From an uncultured Ruficoccus sp. (GTDB taxonomy: Bacteria > Verrucomicrobiota > Verrucomicrobiia > Opitutales > Cerasicoccaceae), in the NCBI GenBank assembly GCA_965140785.1, contig OZ223519.1, positions 192,001-256,000 on the forward strand: a DNA stretch of 64,000 nucleotides, in the 5' to 3' direction. The notes below the pieces were generated by a model. That model was not told the origin of the DNA and ran no database searches. It worked only from the letters and a program-made list of their open reading frames with translations. Below, piece by piece: positions 50,280-59,688 of the stretch (within the stretch, counting starts at the first letter, position 1; each line of letters begins with the position of its first letter). The position numbers and the translations under genes are program-made.

Positions 50280-53200
50280 TTAAACATCATCCTCGTGCAG
50301 CCAACGGAAAGAGACGATACGGAATTGACGACCAAAATTCGTGGGCGGCGTGCTAAGCTGAGCCCGTGTAGGGTCGGTGTCGTTGGGCATGACCGGGTCG
50401 GGGACGCGCTGGACGATTGCCTCGCACCAGGCGCGGGCCACCACATGGTCGGTCAGCGGATCGACGCAGTCGCCGTAGGCGCGGATGCGGAAAGTATCCG
50501 AGCGCACGCTCATGAGCGGCCCGAGGACTTGAAGCACGTCCCCTTGCAGAATCCAGCCGGGCATCCCGGTGCCGGGTTTATCCGTGGGGCTGAACACATT
50601 TGCATAAGAATCGGGGATTTTCAGGCTTGTGCCGCTGACCGTGCCGACCAGACCGTTACTAAGAGGGTTGTTGACAGTGGTGTCGAGCGCGGCCTGAAGC
50701 GGGCCGCGGCGCTGCTGGTCCGGGTCGCTGGAGCCGGGCCGGCGGTTGACAAAATCTCCGAGTGAGGAAAAGGGGCCGCGCGTGCGCACTTCTTGAACCA
50801 CGGCGGTTGCCAGCGCCGTCAACTCGTTGTCATTGAGTTTACGGTAGGCGTTCCAGAAGTTCTGTCCGGTTCCGGTGGTGGTGAAGCCATTATTGTAGGG
50901 AAGCGGCGTGCGGAAGAAGATCGCTTCGGTGGCTTCCTCCGCGTTATTGGAGGTGCCCGTCGCGGGGTTGTAAATGGGAACGTCCAGATGGGAGTTGCTG
51001 GCCAGGAAGGCCTTCCAGGCTTCGACCGAGGTGGAGTTCACATTGAAGGAACCTTCGGTCAACTGGAAGGCGGCGGCGACTTCGGCGGTGTCGTCGACGG
51101 TGTCATCAGTCAGGAGCTCGGCCAGGTCGCTGGTGTCGAGTTGGTACCCATCGGGCTCATAGAGGGAGAGGTGCGGATTGGGAAGGGCATTGGTCTTGGA
51201 CTTGATCTCGCCGATCAGATCCTCAGCATCGTCAGGGTCCTGCGGCACAGTGGAGAAGTAGTAGCTATCCCAGATTTCATTGTTGAGCACGTACGACCAG
51301 TCGTAAGCATAATGCGAACGGGTGCTGCTCTCGTCGTAGTTGTGTTGGATGCTGTTGGCGGGGATTTTGGAGAAGATATAGCTGTTGCCGAAAATGTACG
51401 CGGGCTCATGCGCGTACCGACCAAGACCGGCGTGCTGGAAGCTCCCCACGGAGATCAGGGGTTCGCGGGGTACGTGAAAGAGCACGACGGATGTCGCCGG
51501 ATCAGCCATACCGCCACTGACACTTGAATCCCGGGTATTTCCCCAGAAACTGGTATAGCGATCGAAGTTCGCAACTTGCGGCTCCAGGGCTTCGCCGGGT
51601 CCGTATTCGTGCATCGTCCAGCCGGGGATGGTCGCCAATCCTTTATTTCCCCGGAAGGCAGCCTGCTTGCCCGAGTTCATGATCGCCCGGGGGTTGGCTT
51701 CGATTAACTGGCGCTGCGGAGCATCCGTTTGTTCGGTTGTTCGAAGGCTGAAGCTCAGCGCGGCAAGGTCGTGAGCGGAAGCAGTCAGTGTGCTCAGGAA
51801 GTAGGAACTCGGTTGGCTTTTGGGGCGGAGGGTCGAGGAGAACTCCTGATAATAGCCATCCATGATCTGGCTGGTAATGTACTTGTGGTTGTCTCTGCCC
51901 GTCTGCTCAGAAAAATAACCATAAGGCATTCGGGATTTTTCATCGCTGTTATTGGCAGGCTCGTAACTGATTTCGACGGAAATTTCAGGGTCTACGGTAT
52001 CATCTTCTTCCAGAATGATGGTGAGCCGGTTCAATTCATCCTGAGTAAAGCCAAAGCGGTCGCTTTTTTCCTCTGAAGGGACATTTTTTCGCTCGGTATC
52101 CGAAGAATACTTGCAAACGGTTCTGCCCTCCACGCTGGCCCTGTGTATAAACGGGTCCGATGACTGCTTATCCCAGGCGCCTCCTGGACTCGTCATGGAG
52201 GCGTTCACCAGATTGACATAGTAGGCGCCATTTTCATTCCAATTCGCTTCCATTTGGGCGAATTTATCATTAGTGGTTAAATTGGTAAGTATGTAGGGCT
52301 CGTCCAGCGCGTAGTAGCGTGTCTCACCGGGACGCAGATCGGTGTTTTGGCTGATGCGCCAGCGGAACATGGAGCCGGTGGTGTCATCTTCGGGAAGAAC
52401 CTCATGCATGCTGAACTCGACCGAATCTCTCTTGCCATCTTTATCGGTGATCGTGATTTCGATCTTGGGCATGAAGTACCAATTAAAATTGTAAACCTCG
52501 TTGTTCAGTGTGATGTCATAGGGGTTGTACAGGGCGATCAGCGGCTTGAAAAACATGACCGGCTTGTAGACGGCCGTTTTTATCGTGTTGTCCTCATTAT
52601 AGACGCTGTCATCCGGATCCAGCTCATAGCCAAGTGCAATGGCTATCCGGAACATGGAGGTGACGGCGTGAACGGGCTGGTTATATTGATATTGCTCGTC
52701 CTCATCGTGGTAAGTAGAAACGATGGCGGATTTGGAGCCGACATAGGCGGGGAGCGGTGTGGTCACCGGGATGGAGCCGTTGCTAACGTCGTTATACAGA
52801 CGATAGTAAGAGGCGAGAATGCCCCAGTTGGGAGCGCCATAGGGGAAGTCATAGTCATCGTCCACATGGAACGTATAGGGGACGGGCCAGGAGTTACCCG
52901 GATTTTCTTCCGTTGTTGGCGATGCGGTCGGGCCGATGCCGAAGTATGCCTCGAAGGCCCGGTCGCTCTCCAGCAGGTGGGTGAGGTCTTTTTTCAGGCC
53001 GCCGTTTTTGACGTCGGCCTGGACGCCGCGGCCAAAAATTGAAAGGTCGTGGAAGTAACGCTGGTCCAGCCCTTCGGTTACGTCGGCGAGGTTGTCCAAC
53101 TCGCTCAGGGCGGTGAGTTTGGCCAGGGTGGCATTGCTGGGGAGCAGATCGCCGAAGCCGGTGTCCACCGCGGTGAAGCCGGTATAGCGCGGCGCCATCA

Positions 53201-53822
53201 GGTCCGGATCGGTGGCGGCGACATCCGCCGGGACGGAGAGGTTGACGCGTGCCTTGGTGTTTTCTTCGCCGGTCCAGTAGGCATAGTGGCCGGTGTCATT
53301 GACGCTCACCTTGCCGGCGGCGATAAAGTTCGAGTTGGGCGTACCCAGGTCATCGACGGTGCCTTCGCCCACCAGTTGGACCCAATCGGCACCCAGGGTC
53401 ACGTCTCCCTGGCTTTGGGCGACCGTGTTATTCATCCCCTCGGGCAGGGAAACCAGCCAGCCCTTGAAGTCGGCGTCCGTGGCGCCGCCGGTGGAGCCGG
53501 ATTGCCAGACGCCGGTCCAGTATTCCTTATAGGGAGCGGCGGTGGGGTCGATGTTGGCCGGGGCGGTGATGCGCTGGTCCGGGCCGGCCAGCTTCTGGAG
53601 TTGACCGAGCGCGACCTTCAAGCCCATGAGAGCGTTTTGTTCGGCCTCGGCCTGGTCATGGCTGATCTGGGTCGTCGCCGTTTCCATGCGGATGAGGGTG
53701 CTCAGGCTGATCAGCATGAGCATGAGAAAGGCCATCAGCGTCAGTGACAGGACCAGGGCGAAACCCGCTTTTGCCTGGTTCTTGCCGGCAGGCGGGCGAT
53801 TCTTGGAGAAACAACAAGGCAT
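50280..53822 (-). CDS. Giant GspK/PilX-like prepilin-type protein (Verru_Chthon cassette protein A-like)
   Basis: Basic leader then G|FALVLSLTLMAFLMLMLISL (no Glu at +5); AEQNALMGLKVALGQLQKLAGPDQRITA; C-terminal RGPFSSLGDFVNR, LQGDVLQVLGPLMSVRSDTFRIRAYG, AWCEAIVQR, FGRQFRIVSFRWL. Confidence 0.8.
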   Translation of the reverse strand: MPCCFSKNRPPAGKNQAKAGFALVLSLTLMAFLMLMLISLSTLIRMETATTQISHDQAEAEQNALMGLKVALGQLQKLAGPDQRITAPANIDPTAAPYKEYWTGVWQSGSTGGATDADFKGWLVSLPEGMNNTVAQSQGDVTLGADWVQLVGEGTVDDLGTPNSNFIAAGKVSVNDTGHYAYWTGEENTKARVNLSVPADVAATDPDLMAPRYTGFTAVDTGFGDLLPSNATLAKLTALSELDNLADVTEGLDQRYFHDLSIFGRGVQADVKNGGLKKDLTHLLESDRAFEAYFGIGPTASPTTEENPGNSWPVPYTFHVDDDYDFPYGAPNWGILASYYRLYNDVSNGSIPVTTPLPAYVGSKSAIVSTYHDEDEQYQYNQPVHAVTSMFRIAIALGYELDPDDSVYNEDNTIKTAVYKPVMFFKPLIALYNPYDITLNNEVYNFNWYFMPKIEITITDKDGKRDSVEFSMHEVLPEDDTTGSMFRWRISQNTDLRPGETRYYALDEPYILTNLTTNDKFAQMEANWNENGAYYVNLVNASMTSPGGAWDKQSSDPFIHRASVEGRTVCKYSSDTERKNVPSEEKSDRFGFTQDELNRLTIILEEDDTVDPEISVEISYEPANNSDEKSRMPYGYFSEQTGRDNHKYITSQIMDGYYQEFSSTLRPKSQPSSYFLSTLTASAHDLAALSFSLRTTEQTDAPQRQLIEANPRAIMNSGKQAAFRGNKGLATIPGWTMHEYGPGEALEPQVANFDRYTSFWGNTRDSSVSGGMADPATSVVLFHVPREPLISVGSFQHAGLGRYAHEPAYIFGNSYIFSKIPANSIQHNYDESSTRSHYAYDWSYVLNNEIWDSYYFSTVPQDPDDAEDLIGEIKSKTNALPNPHLSLYEPDGYQLDTSDLAELLTDDTVDDTAEVAAAFQLTEGSFNVNSTSVEAWKAFLASNSHLDVPIYNPATGTSNNAEEATEAIFFRTPLPYNNGFTTTGTGQNFWNAYRKLNDNELTALATAVVQEVRTRGPFSSLGDFVNRRPGSSDPDQQRRGPLQAALDTTVNNPLSNGLVGTVSGTSLKIPDSYANVFSPTDKPGTGMPGWILQGDVLQVLGPLMSVRSDTFRIRAYGDCVDPLTDHVVARAWCEAIVQRVPDPVMPNDTDPTRAQLSTPPTNFGRQFRIVSFRWLHEDDV

Positions 53823-53912
53823 GATAATATGAGCCGGGTAAGGGCTAGGGGGGTATGTTTCTATGTTCTTAAATCGGAGTTGTCTTGTCAGGGCTTAAGG
53901 ATTGCTTCTAGA

Positions 53913-53935
53913 TGATATCATTTTCACAAGATTGA
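53913..53935 (-). promoter_or_regulatory. Partial copy E of the shared operator, upstream of the pilin-like gene
   Basis: Minus strand TCAATCTTGTGAAAATGATATCA versus copy A TCAAAATAGTGAAAGATATATCA. Confidence 0.5.
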
Positions 53936-54098
53936 TCCTGGCTGGCTGATCCAGACGAAAGCAACGATGAGAAGGGTAAGGCTCAGGCCGGCCTGGGACA
54001 GCGATGGCAGTTTGGTGGACAGCTCGTAGATTAAGATGTATCCATTCTGTCCTTTACTCCCCGGAAGTTCAAATTTCCATTAGTTCAAACATTTGAGC

Positions 54099-55112
54099 AT
54101 GAAGCGGCGAGTGACCTTAAAACAGATTGCCGAGCGGGCCGGGGTTCACCTTTCCACGGTCTCGATGGCCTTGCGAAATCATCCCCGGATCTCGCAGCAG
54201 ATGCGCACGAAGCTTCAGAAGCTGGCGCAGGAGATGGGCTATGTGCCTGACCCTTCCATGAGCGCGCTGTGCTCTTACCGCAATGCCATCCGCCCGATGG
54301 CGGTGCGCAGTGGATTGGCCTACCTGACGGACATGGACCCGGAGCGGCCCTTTGAGGTTGAGATCTTTGAAAACGCCCGTCGCCGGGCGGCGGAGCTTGG
54401 CTACAACCTGATCGAGTACAACCTGAGCCGCAATTATATGAGCCTGGAGCGCCTGCATTCGATCTGGTGGAACCAGGGCTTGCGGGGCGTTCTCGTCGGT
54501 CCGTTCCGCGGGCAGACCAGCCTGCACGGGACATGGGAACGCTGGCCGGTGGTGGCCGTCGGCTATTCGGTGGAGGAGCCAAGTTTCAACCGCGCCACTG
54601 CCCACCATTTCCAGAATACCCTCTCACACCTGGAGGAACTGCACGCGCGGGCTTACCGTCGGGTGGGCTTGTGTCTGCCGGTTTCGCTGGATGAGCGAAC
54701 GGGCGGACAAATGCACGGGGCCTACCTGCTCGATGCAGAAAAAAACGGCCTCAAGCGCGTGCCCCCGCTTTTTACCCAATGGCCGGTAGACCCCGCGGTT
54801 ATGGACGAATGGGTGCGGCGTCACAAACTGGAGGCGGTCATCGGACATCCCGACCACTACCAGGCGCTCCTGGCGGCGGGATGGGAAGTCCCGCAGCAGA
54901 TCGGTTTTTCCCTGCTGACGATTCTCCATGACGTTCCGGGCTGTGAAGGGCTGGCGGGGTTCGATGCGAAGCCCGGGCAAGTCAGCGTCAACTCGATCGA
55001 TTTTCTCGTTTCGCTTATTCACGAGCAGGCCTGCGGCCTGCTGAGCCCGCCGCGCTTCTATCTGGTCTCGGGAGTTTTTCGCGAGGGTTTTACCGTTCGG
55101 CCCAAGCCGTGA
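54099..55112 (+). CDS. LacI family regulator
   Basis: VTLKQIAERAGVHLSTVSMALRNHPRIS...MGYVPDP. Confidence 0.93.
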   Translation: MKRRVTLKQIAERAGVHLSTVSMALRNHPRISQQMRTKLQKLAQEMGYVPDPSMSALCSYRNAIRPMAVRSGLAYLTDMDPERPFEVEIFENARRRAAELGYNLIEYNLSRNYMSLERLHSIWWNQGLRGVLVGPFRGQTSLHGTWERWPVVAVGYSVEEPSFNRATAHHFQNTLSHLEELHARAYRRVGLCLPVSLDERTGGQMHGAYLLDAEKNGLKRVPPLFTQWPVDPAVMDEWVRRHKLEAVIGHPDHYQALLAAGWEVPQQIGFSLLTILHDVPGCEGLAGFDAKPGQVSVNSIDFLVSLIHEQACGLLSPPRFYLVSGVFREGFTVRPKP

Positions 55113-55318
55113 CTCACCCTTCAAATGATCCCATATCCGGGTGTGTGCGGATTTTTCTGTTGGTTCCGTCATTTGAAGCCTGAGCTCAAAGGTGTTCTCA
55201 GGGGTGACGAAGTCAGCATCGGGATGCTCAATTGTTTGACCTTCGCATGGTTTGTCAGGCGGCGTTCTATGGCTACGATCATAGTCTATCCTATTCGCAA
55301 CCCTAACCCCTACACCTT

Positions 55319-56173
55319 ATGAATCGATTATTCCGCATCCTCTCCCGTCATATTCTCCTGCTGTCTCTGGCCGGTTCGACTTCCTGGGCGGCGACCGACG
55401 TTCTGCTTTCGGAAACCTTTCCTGCCGACAAGCGGCTTGATCAGGACCTGCCCGACACGGCTGCCTGGTACAATAGTTCGAACAGCGGCATCAGCTACAG
55501 CACTGGCAACTTGTCCTCGACGAGCAATCGTTTTTACATGGCTTATTTTACAGATTCGGGCACGGTTGATCTGGCCGTTGGTGAGTCGTTGAGCATTAGT
55601 TTCAGCCTGGCACTGGACACCCCGGACACCAATTACGGTGGCCTGCGCATCGGTATTTTCAATTCAGGTGGCAACCGCATCAGCAGCGACGGCGCCGGGC
55701 TGAATAATCCGCTTTACGATGACTACGTCGGTTACGCATCGATGATGAATGTCAACGCGGGGTCGGCCATGAAGTTTTCCGAACGTAACGCCAATCTGTC
55801 GGAGGCCCTCATTCATAGCGGCACTGCCTACACCTCTTTCAACGAGAAAGGTCTGGGCGATGGAGCCACCTTCACCAGTGGGCAATTTTACGAGGCGGTT
55901 TTCACGCTGACGCGTACGGCCAGCGGTGTCGAAATGTCTGTGGCGATCAGCGGACTTGAGGGCTACTCGGCGACTTATACCGATACGACGAGCGCATTTA
56001 CGTCATTTGACAACTTTGTCATCTACGGGTCCACGAACGCGATGGACGGATATTCCTTGAGCGAGGTTGAAATAACTTATAACTCCATTCCGGAGGCGTC
56101 GACGTCCGGGCTGCTTGTGCTGGCGATCTTCTTACCGCTGCTCGCGCGCTTCCTGCGTCACCGGAGGAACTGA
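55319..56173 (+). CDS. PEP-CTERM-type surface protein (PEA variant)
   Basis: Signal peptide ending TSWA; Ser/Thr-rich; C-terminus SIPEASTSGLLVLAIFLPLLARFLRHRRN. Confidence 0.88.
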   Translation: MNRLFRILSRHILLLSLAGSTSWAATDVLLSETFPADKRLDQDLPDTAAWYNSSNSGISYSTGNLSSTSNRFYMAYFTDSGTVDLAVGESLSISFSLALDTPDTNYGGLRIGIFNSGGNRISSDGAGLNNPLYDDYVGYASMMNVNAGSAMKFSERNANLSEALIHSGTAYTSFNEKGLGDGATFTSGQFYEAVFTLTRTASGVEMSVAISGLEGYSATYTDTTSAFTSFDNFVIYGSTNAMDGYSLSEVEITYNSIPEASTSGLLVLAIFLPLLARFLRHRRN

Positions 56174-56451
56174 TCAACCTTTCTTTCACTATGCGGGATT
56201 TTTCCCGCCCTTCGAAGCGCAGGCGGGCGAGAGTCCTGCCTTTGCCGTACGGAATGGATTGTGCCCATAACGCGTGGCGGATATGTGCGAACTTGACCAA
56301 CAAGAGAATGGCAGCCAGGAGCGAAAGGATGTCAGCGCCCTTCGGCGACGGTCGCTTTTTACACGACCGTGTTCATTCAACGCGTTTGAATAGGCGAACG
56401 CTTCTCATCACTGGGCGAAACTGGTCCAATTGTTTTAAAAGTAATTTGTAA

Positions 56452-57825
56452 ATGAAAATTGGAAATACCCCCCTTGGGCTCGCAGCCCTGTTCACCTTAA
56501 CCTCACTGTGCCCGGCGGCGGACTCTTCGACTTCTCCGGTTCAGGCCTTGCCCGCTGCGGCGACAGCCAAGCCGGAGGCCCAAGCCCCGGCTCAGACGAC
56601 GGACGCGGCCTTTACGAAGATCGCCTCCAGCGCCACCTACGGGTGCCGCCGCCCGCACGGGTACGGGGTGTACGACCCGGAGGTGGACATGACATTCGTC
56701 TGCTGGAACGGCCCCGGCATGAGCGTTTTGGGGAGCTATTACGACCACGTGACGGGCGAATGGGCGCCGGAGCGGGAACTCTGCCACCAGGAGTTTTATA
56801 GCACCTATGACTACCATAATTATCCCAACATGGTGCAGGCTCCGGACGGGCGATTGCTGATCACCTGGACCGATCACAGCACCGACCTGAAACTGGTGCG
56901 CTCGCCCGATCCGCACGACATGGAAGGGGAGTGGGAGTACCAAGTGATCGAGGAGGAAAACAATTGCTACCCCATGATCATTCGAGTCGGCGAGCGGGTG
57001 TATATTTTTTACAGCCAGACCAAGGACATTCACTGGCCGTATCGACCTTTTGGATACGTTTATTCGGATGACAGCGGCAAGACCTGGTCCGAACACATCC
57101 CGGCGATCGACTCGCAGCAGGCGGACCCTGCCCGCATCGACGAGATTTACGCCTTCCACTACAGCGTCCAACCCGCCGACGGCGAGAACCCCGACCGCGT
57201 GCACTTCGTCTGGGTCATGCGCGGCGGCCCCAACGGGCACAACCAGGGCTCCCGTAACGCGTACTTCGCCACCTTCCTCCCGGATACCGGCACCTGGCAG
57301 TCCGCCGACGGGACCGACCTGGGCGAGGAGATCGATCTCGACGAGATGCTGGCCTCCTGTGTGGTGCTGGATACCGGCTCGATGCCGGATGAGCGCCTGA
57401 TCAACCGCATGCTGTGCTCGTATTATGAGGACGGGAATCCCTTCGTTATCTATAACAAGCGCAACGAGTGCTGGCAGGCGACCTGGGAAGATGGCGGCTG
57501 GCAGCATCAGCGACTGGAAGATATTTACGCCAAGGACCTGGAGCGTATGCCCGACGGCAGCCATCGCATCCTCCTCGCGCCCGGCAGCCAGTCCTCGATG
57601 GAAATTCGCGAGCAGCAGCACAAGGGCGGCGAATGGGTGAAAACCTTCGAGCGGGCCGTCCCTTACGCCGACGGAGCCGACCGGACCTGGTCCATGGCCT
57701 TCATCGACGACTCCCGCCCCGAGGTGGATATTCTCATGAGCCAGCTCAAGCTCGGTCAGGAAAAGAAGGACTACAGCGGCCGCTGGCCGGTCTGGACCGT
57801 CGATACTTCCGGCGACTCTGAGTAG
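56452..57825 (+). CDS. Secreted BNR/Asp-box repeat (BNR_4-like) beta-propeller protein
   Basis: Signal peptide and Ala/Pro linker; DYHNYPNM, TDHS, CYPM, Asp-box YSDDSGKTWSE, TWQSADGT. Confidence 0.75.
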   Translation: MKIGNTPLGLAALFTLTSLCPAADSSTSPVQALPAAATAKPEAQAPAQTTDAAFTKIASSATYGCRRPHGYGVYDPEVDMTFVCWNGPGMSVLGSYYDHVTGEWAPERELCHQEFYSTYDYHNYPNMVQAPDGRLLITWTDHSTDLKLVRSPDPHDMEGEWEYQVIEEENNCYPMIIRVGERVYIFYSQTKDIHWPYRPFGYVYSDDSGKTWSEHIPAIDSQQADPARIDEIYAFHYSVQPADGENPDRVHFVWVMRGGPNGHNQGSRNAYFATFLPDTGTWQSADGTDLGEEIDLDEMLASCVVLDTGSMPDERLINRMLCSYYEDGNPFVIYNKRNECWQATWEDGGWQHQRLEDIYAKDLERMPDGSHRILLAPGSQSSMEIREQQHKGGEWVKTFERAVPYADGADRTWSMAFIDDSRPEVDILMSQLKLGQEKKDYSGRWPVWTVDTSGDSE

Positions 57826-57836
57826 GCGGACGACGC

Positions 57837-57878
57837 AAATCAATACAGTGTAAGCGATGTCACTGCCGTGGATAGACA
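57837..57878 (+). promoter_or_regulatory. Shared operator/promoter copy C (upstream of the GPH transporter)
   Basis: AAATCAATACAGTGTAAGCGATGTCACTGCCGTGGATAGACA; TAGACA-17 bp-TAATCT. Confidence 0.7.
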
Positions 57879-58018
57879 GATTGCACGCTGACTGGTAATC
57901 TATTTGCACGCGCCGGGGAAGGTCTCCCCGGCGTTTTAGGAGACTGCTGTGCCCCATGTTGGAGCCTCTGGCAGCGGGGACTCCTGATGTTTGCACTAAC
58001 ACTCTTCGTTACCCATTC

Positions 58019-59443
58019 ATGTCTCGTAAAGCCTTCATACCCGAGTCGGACCGGATTCCGTTTTGGCAGAAAATCGCCTTTGCCTTCGGAGGCAAGATGG
58101 ACTACTTCGCCACCGGCGTGACGGTCAGCATGCTGTGGATGCCGTATTTTAATATCGGCATGAAAATCAACCCGGCGCTGCTCGGGTTGGGCCTGATGAT
58201 CCTGCGAGGTTGGGACGCGATTTCGGACCCGGTGATGGGGAACATCTCCGACAACGCCCGAACGCGCTGGGGCCGCCGCCGACCCTTTATGTTCGTCGGG
58301 GCGATCCTGACGGCGGCGATCTATCCCTTTTTATGGCGGCCGCCGGCTGGATGGAGCGAGTTGGGGATGTTCTTTTACCTGCTTGTCGTCGGATGGCTGT
58401 TTTTCACGAGTTTCACCTGCTGGTCGATGCCCTACTACGGGATGCAACTCGAGCTGACCCCGAACTACGACGAGCGCACCCACCTGACCGCGTGGATGTC
58501 CTTTTTCTCCAAGCTCGTAGTTCTGGGTGGCGGCTGGATTATGGCCATCGTGACCGGGCCGTGGTTCGCCAACCCGGAGACGGGAGAGGCGGATATCGTC
58601 AATGGCGTGAAAACCTGTAGCTGGTTCCTGGCGGGACTGATTGTGGTGGTCGGGCTCATACCGGCCTTGTTTGTCAAAGAGCGTTATTATGAAAAGGAGA
58701 CCAAAACCCAGGCCAAGGACCCCTTCTGGCAGAGCATCCGGGAGACCTTCAAGTGCAAGCCGCTGTGGTTCCTGATCGGGGCCTCATTTTTCCTTTCGCT
58801 GGGCAACTCCTCAGTGGCCAGTCTGGGACAGTACGTTAATATCTATCTGGTCAACGAAGGGCGGCTGGCCGATGCCTCGGTGGTGGACGGCTGGCGCTAC
58901 ACCACCATGGTTGTGGTGGGCATCCTGACCCTGCCGCTGCTGACCTGGCTGAGCGAAAAGTACGACAAGAAGACGCTCGTCATCGCCGTGCTGGTCCTGG
59001 CCATGATCGGACACCTGCTCTACTACTACTGCCTCAACCCGCAGATGCCCTACCTCCAGCTGATACCGGCCACCCTGCAGGCGGGCAGCCTGTCGGCTTT
59101 CTGGATGTTCATGCCCTCCATGAAGGCCGATGTGGCCGACTACGATGAGGTGGACACCCGCCGCCGACGGGAAGGCGCACTCAACGCCTTTTACTCGTGG
59201 TTTATCAAGGCCGCGGGCACCTTCGCGATGGGCATGGGCGGCCTCATGCTGGAGTTTTCCGGTTTCGATGTGATGCTGGCGCAGCAGCCGCCCGAGGTCC
59301 TCGAGCGCATGAAGTGGCTCTTCCTGGTCACCCCGATTCTGATCTGGGGGTTCTCACTCCTGCTGATTCTCAAATACCCGCTTACCCGCGGGAAGGTGTT
59401 CGACATCCGCACCCTGCTCGAGGACCGGCGTGGCAAACTCTGA
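58019..59443 (+). CDS. GPH family (MFS) glycoside:cation symporter
   Basis: WDAISDPVMGNISDNARTRWGRRRPF, ELTPNYDERT, SMKADVADYDE..T.RRREG, KYPLTR. Confidence 0.93.
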   Translation: MSRKAFIPESDRIPFWQKIAFAFGGKMDYFATGVTVSMLWMPYFNIGMKINPALLGLGLMILRGWDAISDPVMGNISDNARTRWGRRRPFMFVGAILTAAIYPFLWRPPAGWSELGMFFYLLVVGWLFFTSFTCWSMPYYGMQLELTPNYDERTHLTAWMSFFSKLVVLGGGWIMAIVTGPWFANPETGEADIVNGVKTCSWFLAGLIVVVGLIPALFVKERYYEKETKTQAKDPFWQSIRETFKCKPLWFLIGASFFLSLGNSSVASLGQYVNIYLVNEGRLADASVVDGWRYTTMVVVGILTLPLLTWLSEKYDKKTLVIAVLVLAMIGHLLYYYCLNPQMPYLQLIPATLQAGSLSAFWMFMPSMKADVADYDEVDTRRRREGALNAFYSWFIKAAGTFAMGMGGLMLEFSGFDVMLAQQPPEVLERMKWLFLVTPILIWGFSLLLILKYPLTRGKVFDIRTLLEDRRGKL

Positions 59444-59515
59444 GCTCCGAAGTACGCCCCGACGAAGCCCCCCTGGTCGTGCCTTAACGCATACCCCGGC
59501 AGTCGCTTGGAGATC

Positions 59516-59557
59516 GAGTCAAGATAGTGCAAGTATAGTCAATCGCGGCTATAGACG
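59516..59557 (+). promoter_or_regulatory. Shared operator/promoter copy B (upstream of the SDR-ADH-kduD unit)
   Basis: GAGTCAAGATAGTGCAAGTATAGTCAATCGCGGCTATAGACG; 31 of 42 positions identical to copy A by hand alignment. Confidence 0.75.
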
Positions 59558-59688
59558 CCCACGGCGCGGATATGCTTAAATGCTTAGGTACTGACGGATC
59601 GTCCTGATGGGCGGAGAATGCCGATTGTCGCTTAGGTCGGTTCCGCGCAGAGCAACCCCGACTTATATCCCGCGAACCCAACTATTTT

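Noticed and set aside
56174..56451. Possible riboswitch or ncRNA in the PEP-CTERM-BNR spacer
   Set aside because: Only short local stems; no riboswitch consensus recognised by eye. An Rfam search would settle it.
56503..58002. 499-aa minus-strand ORF
   Set aside because: Antisense to the BNR protein, which has a signal peptide and Asp-box motifs.
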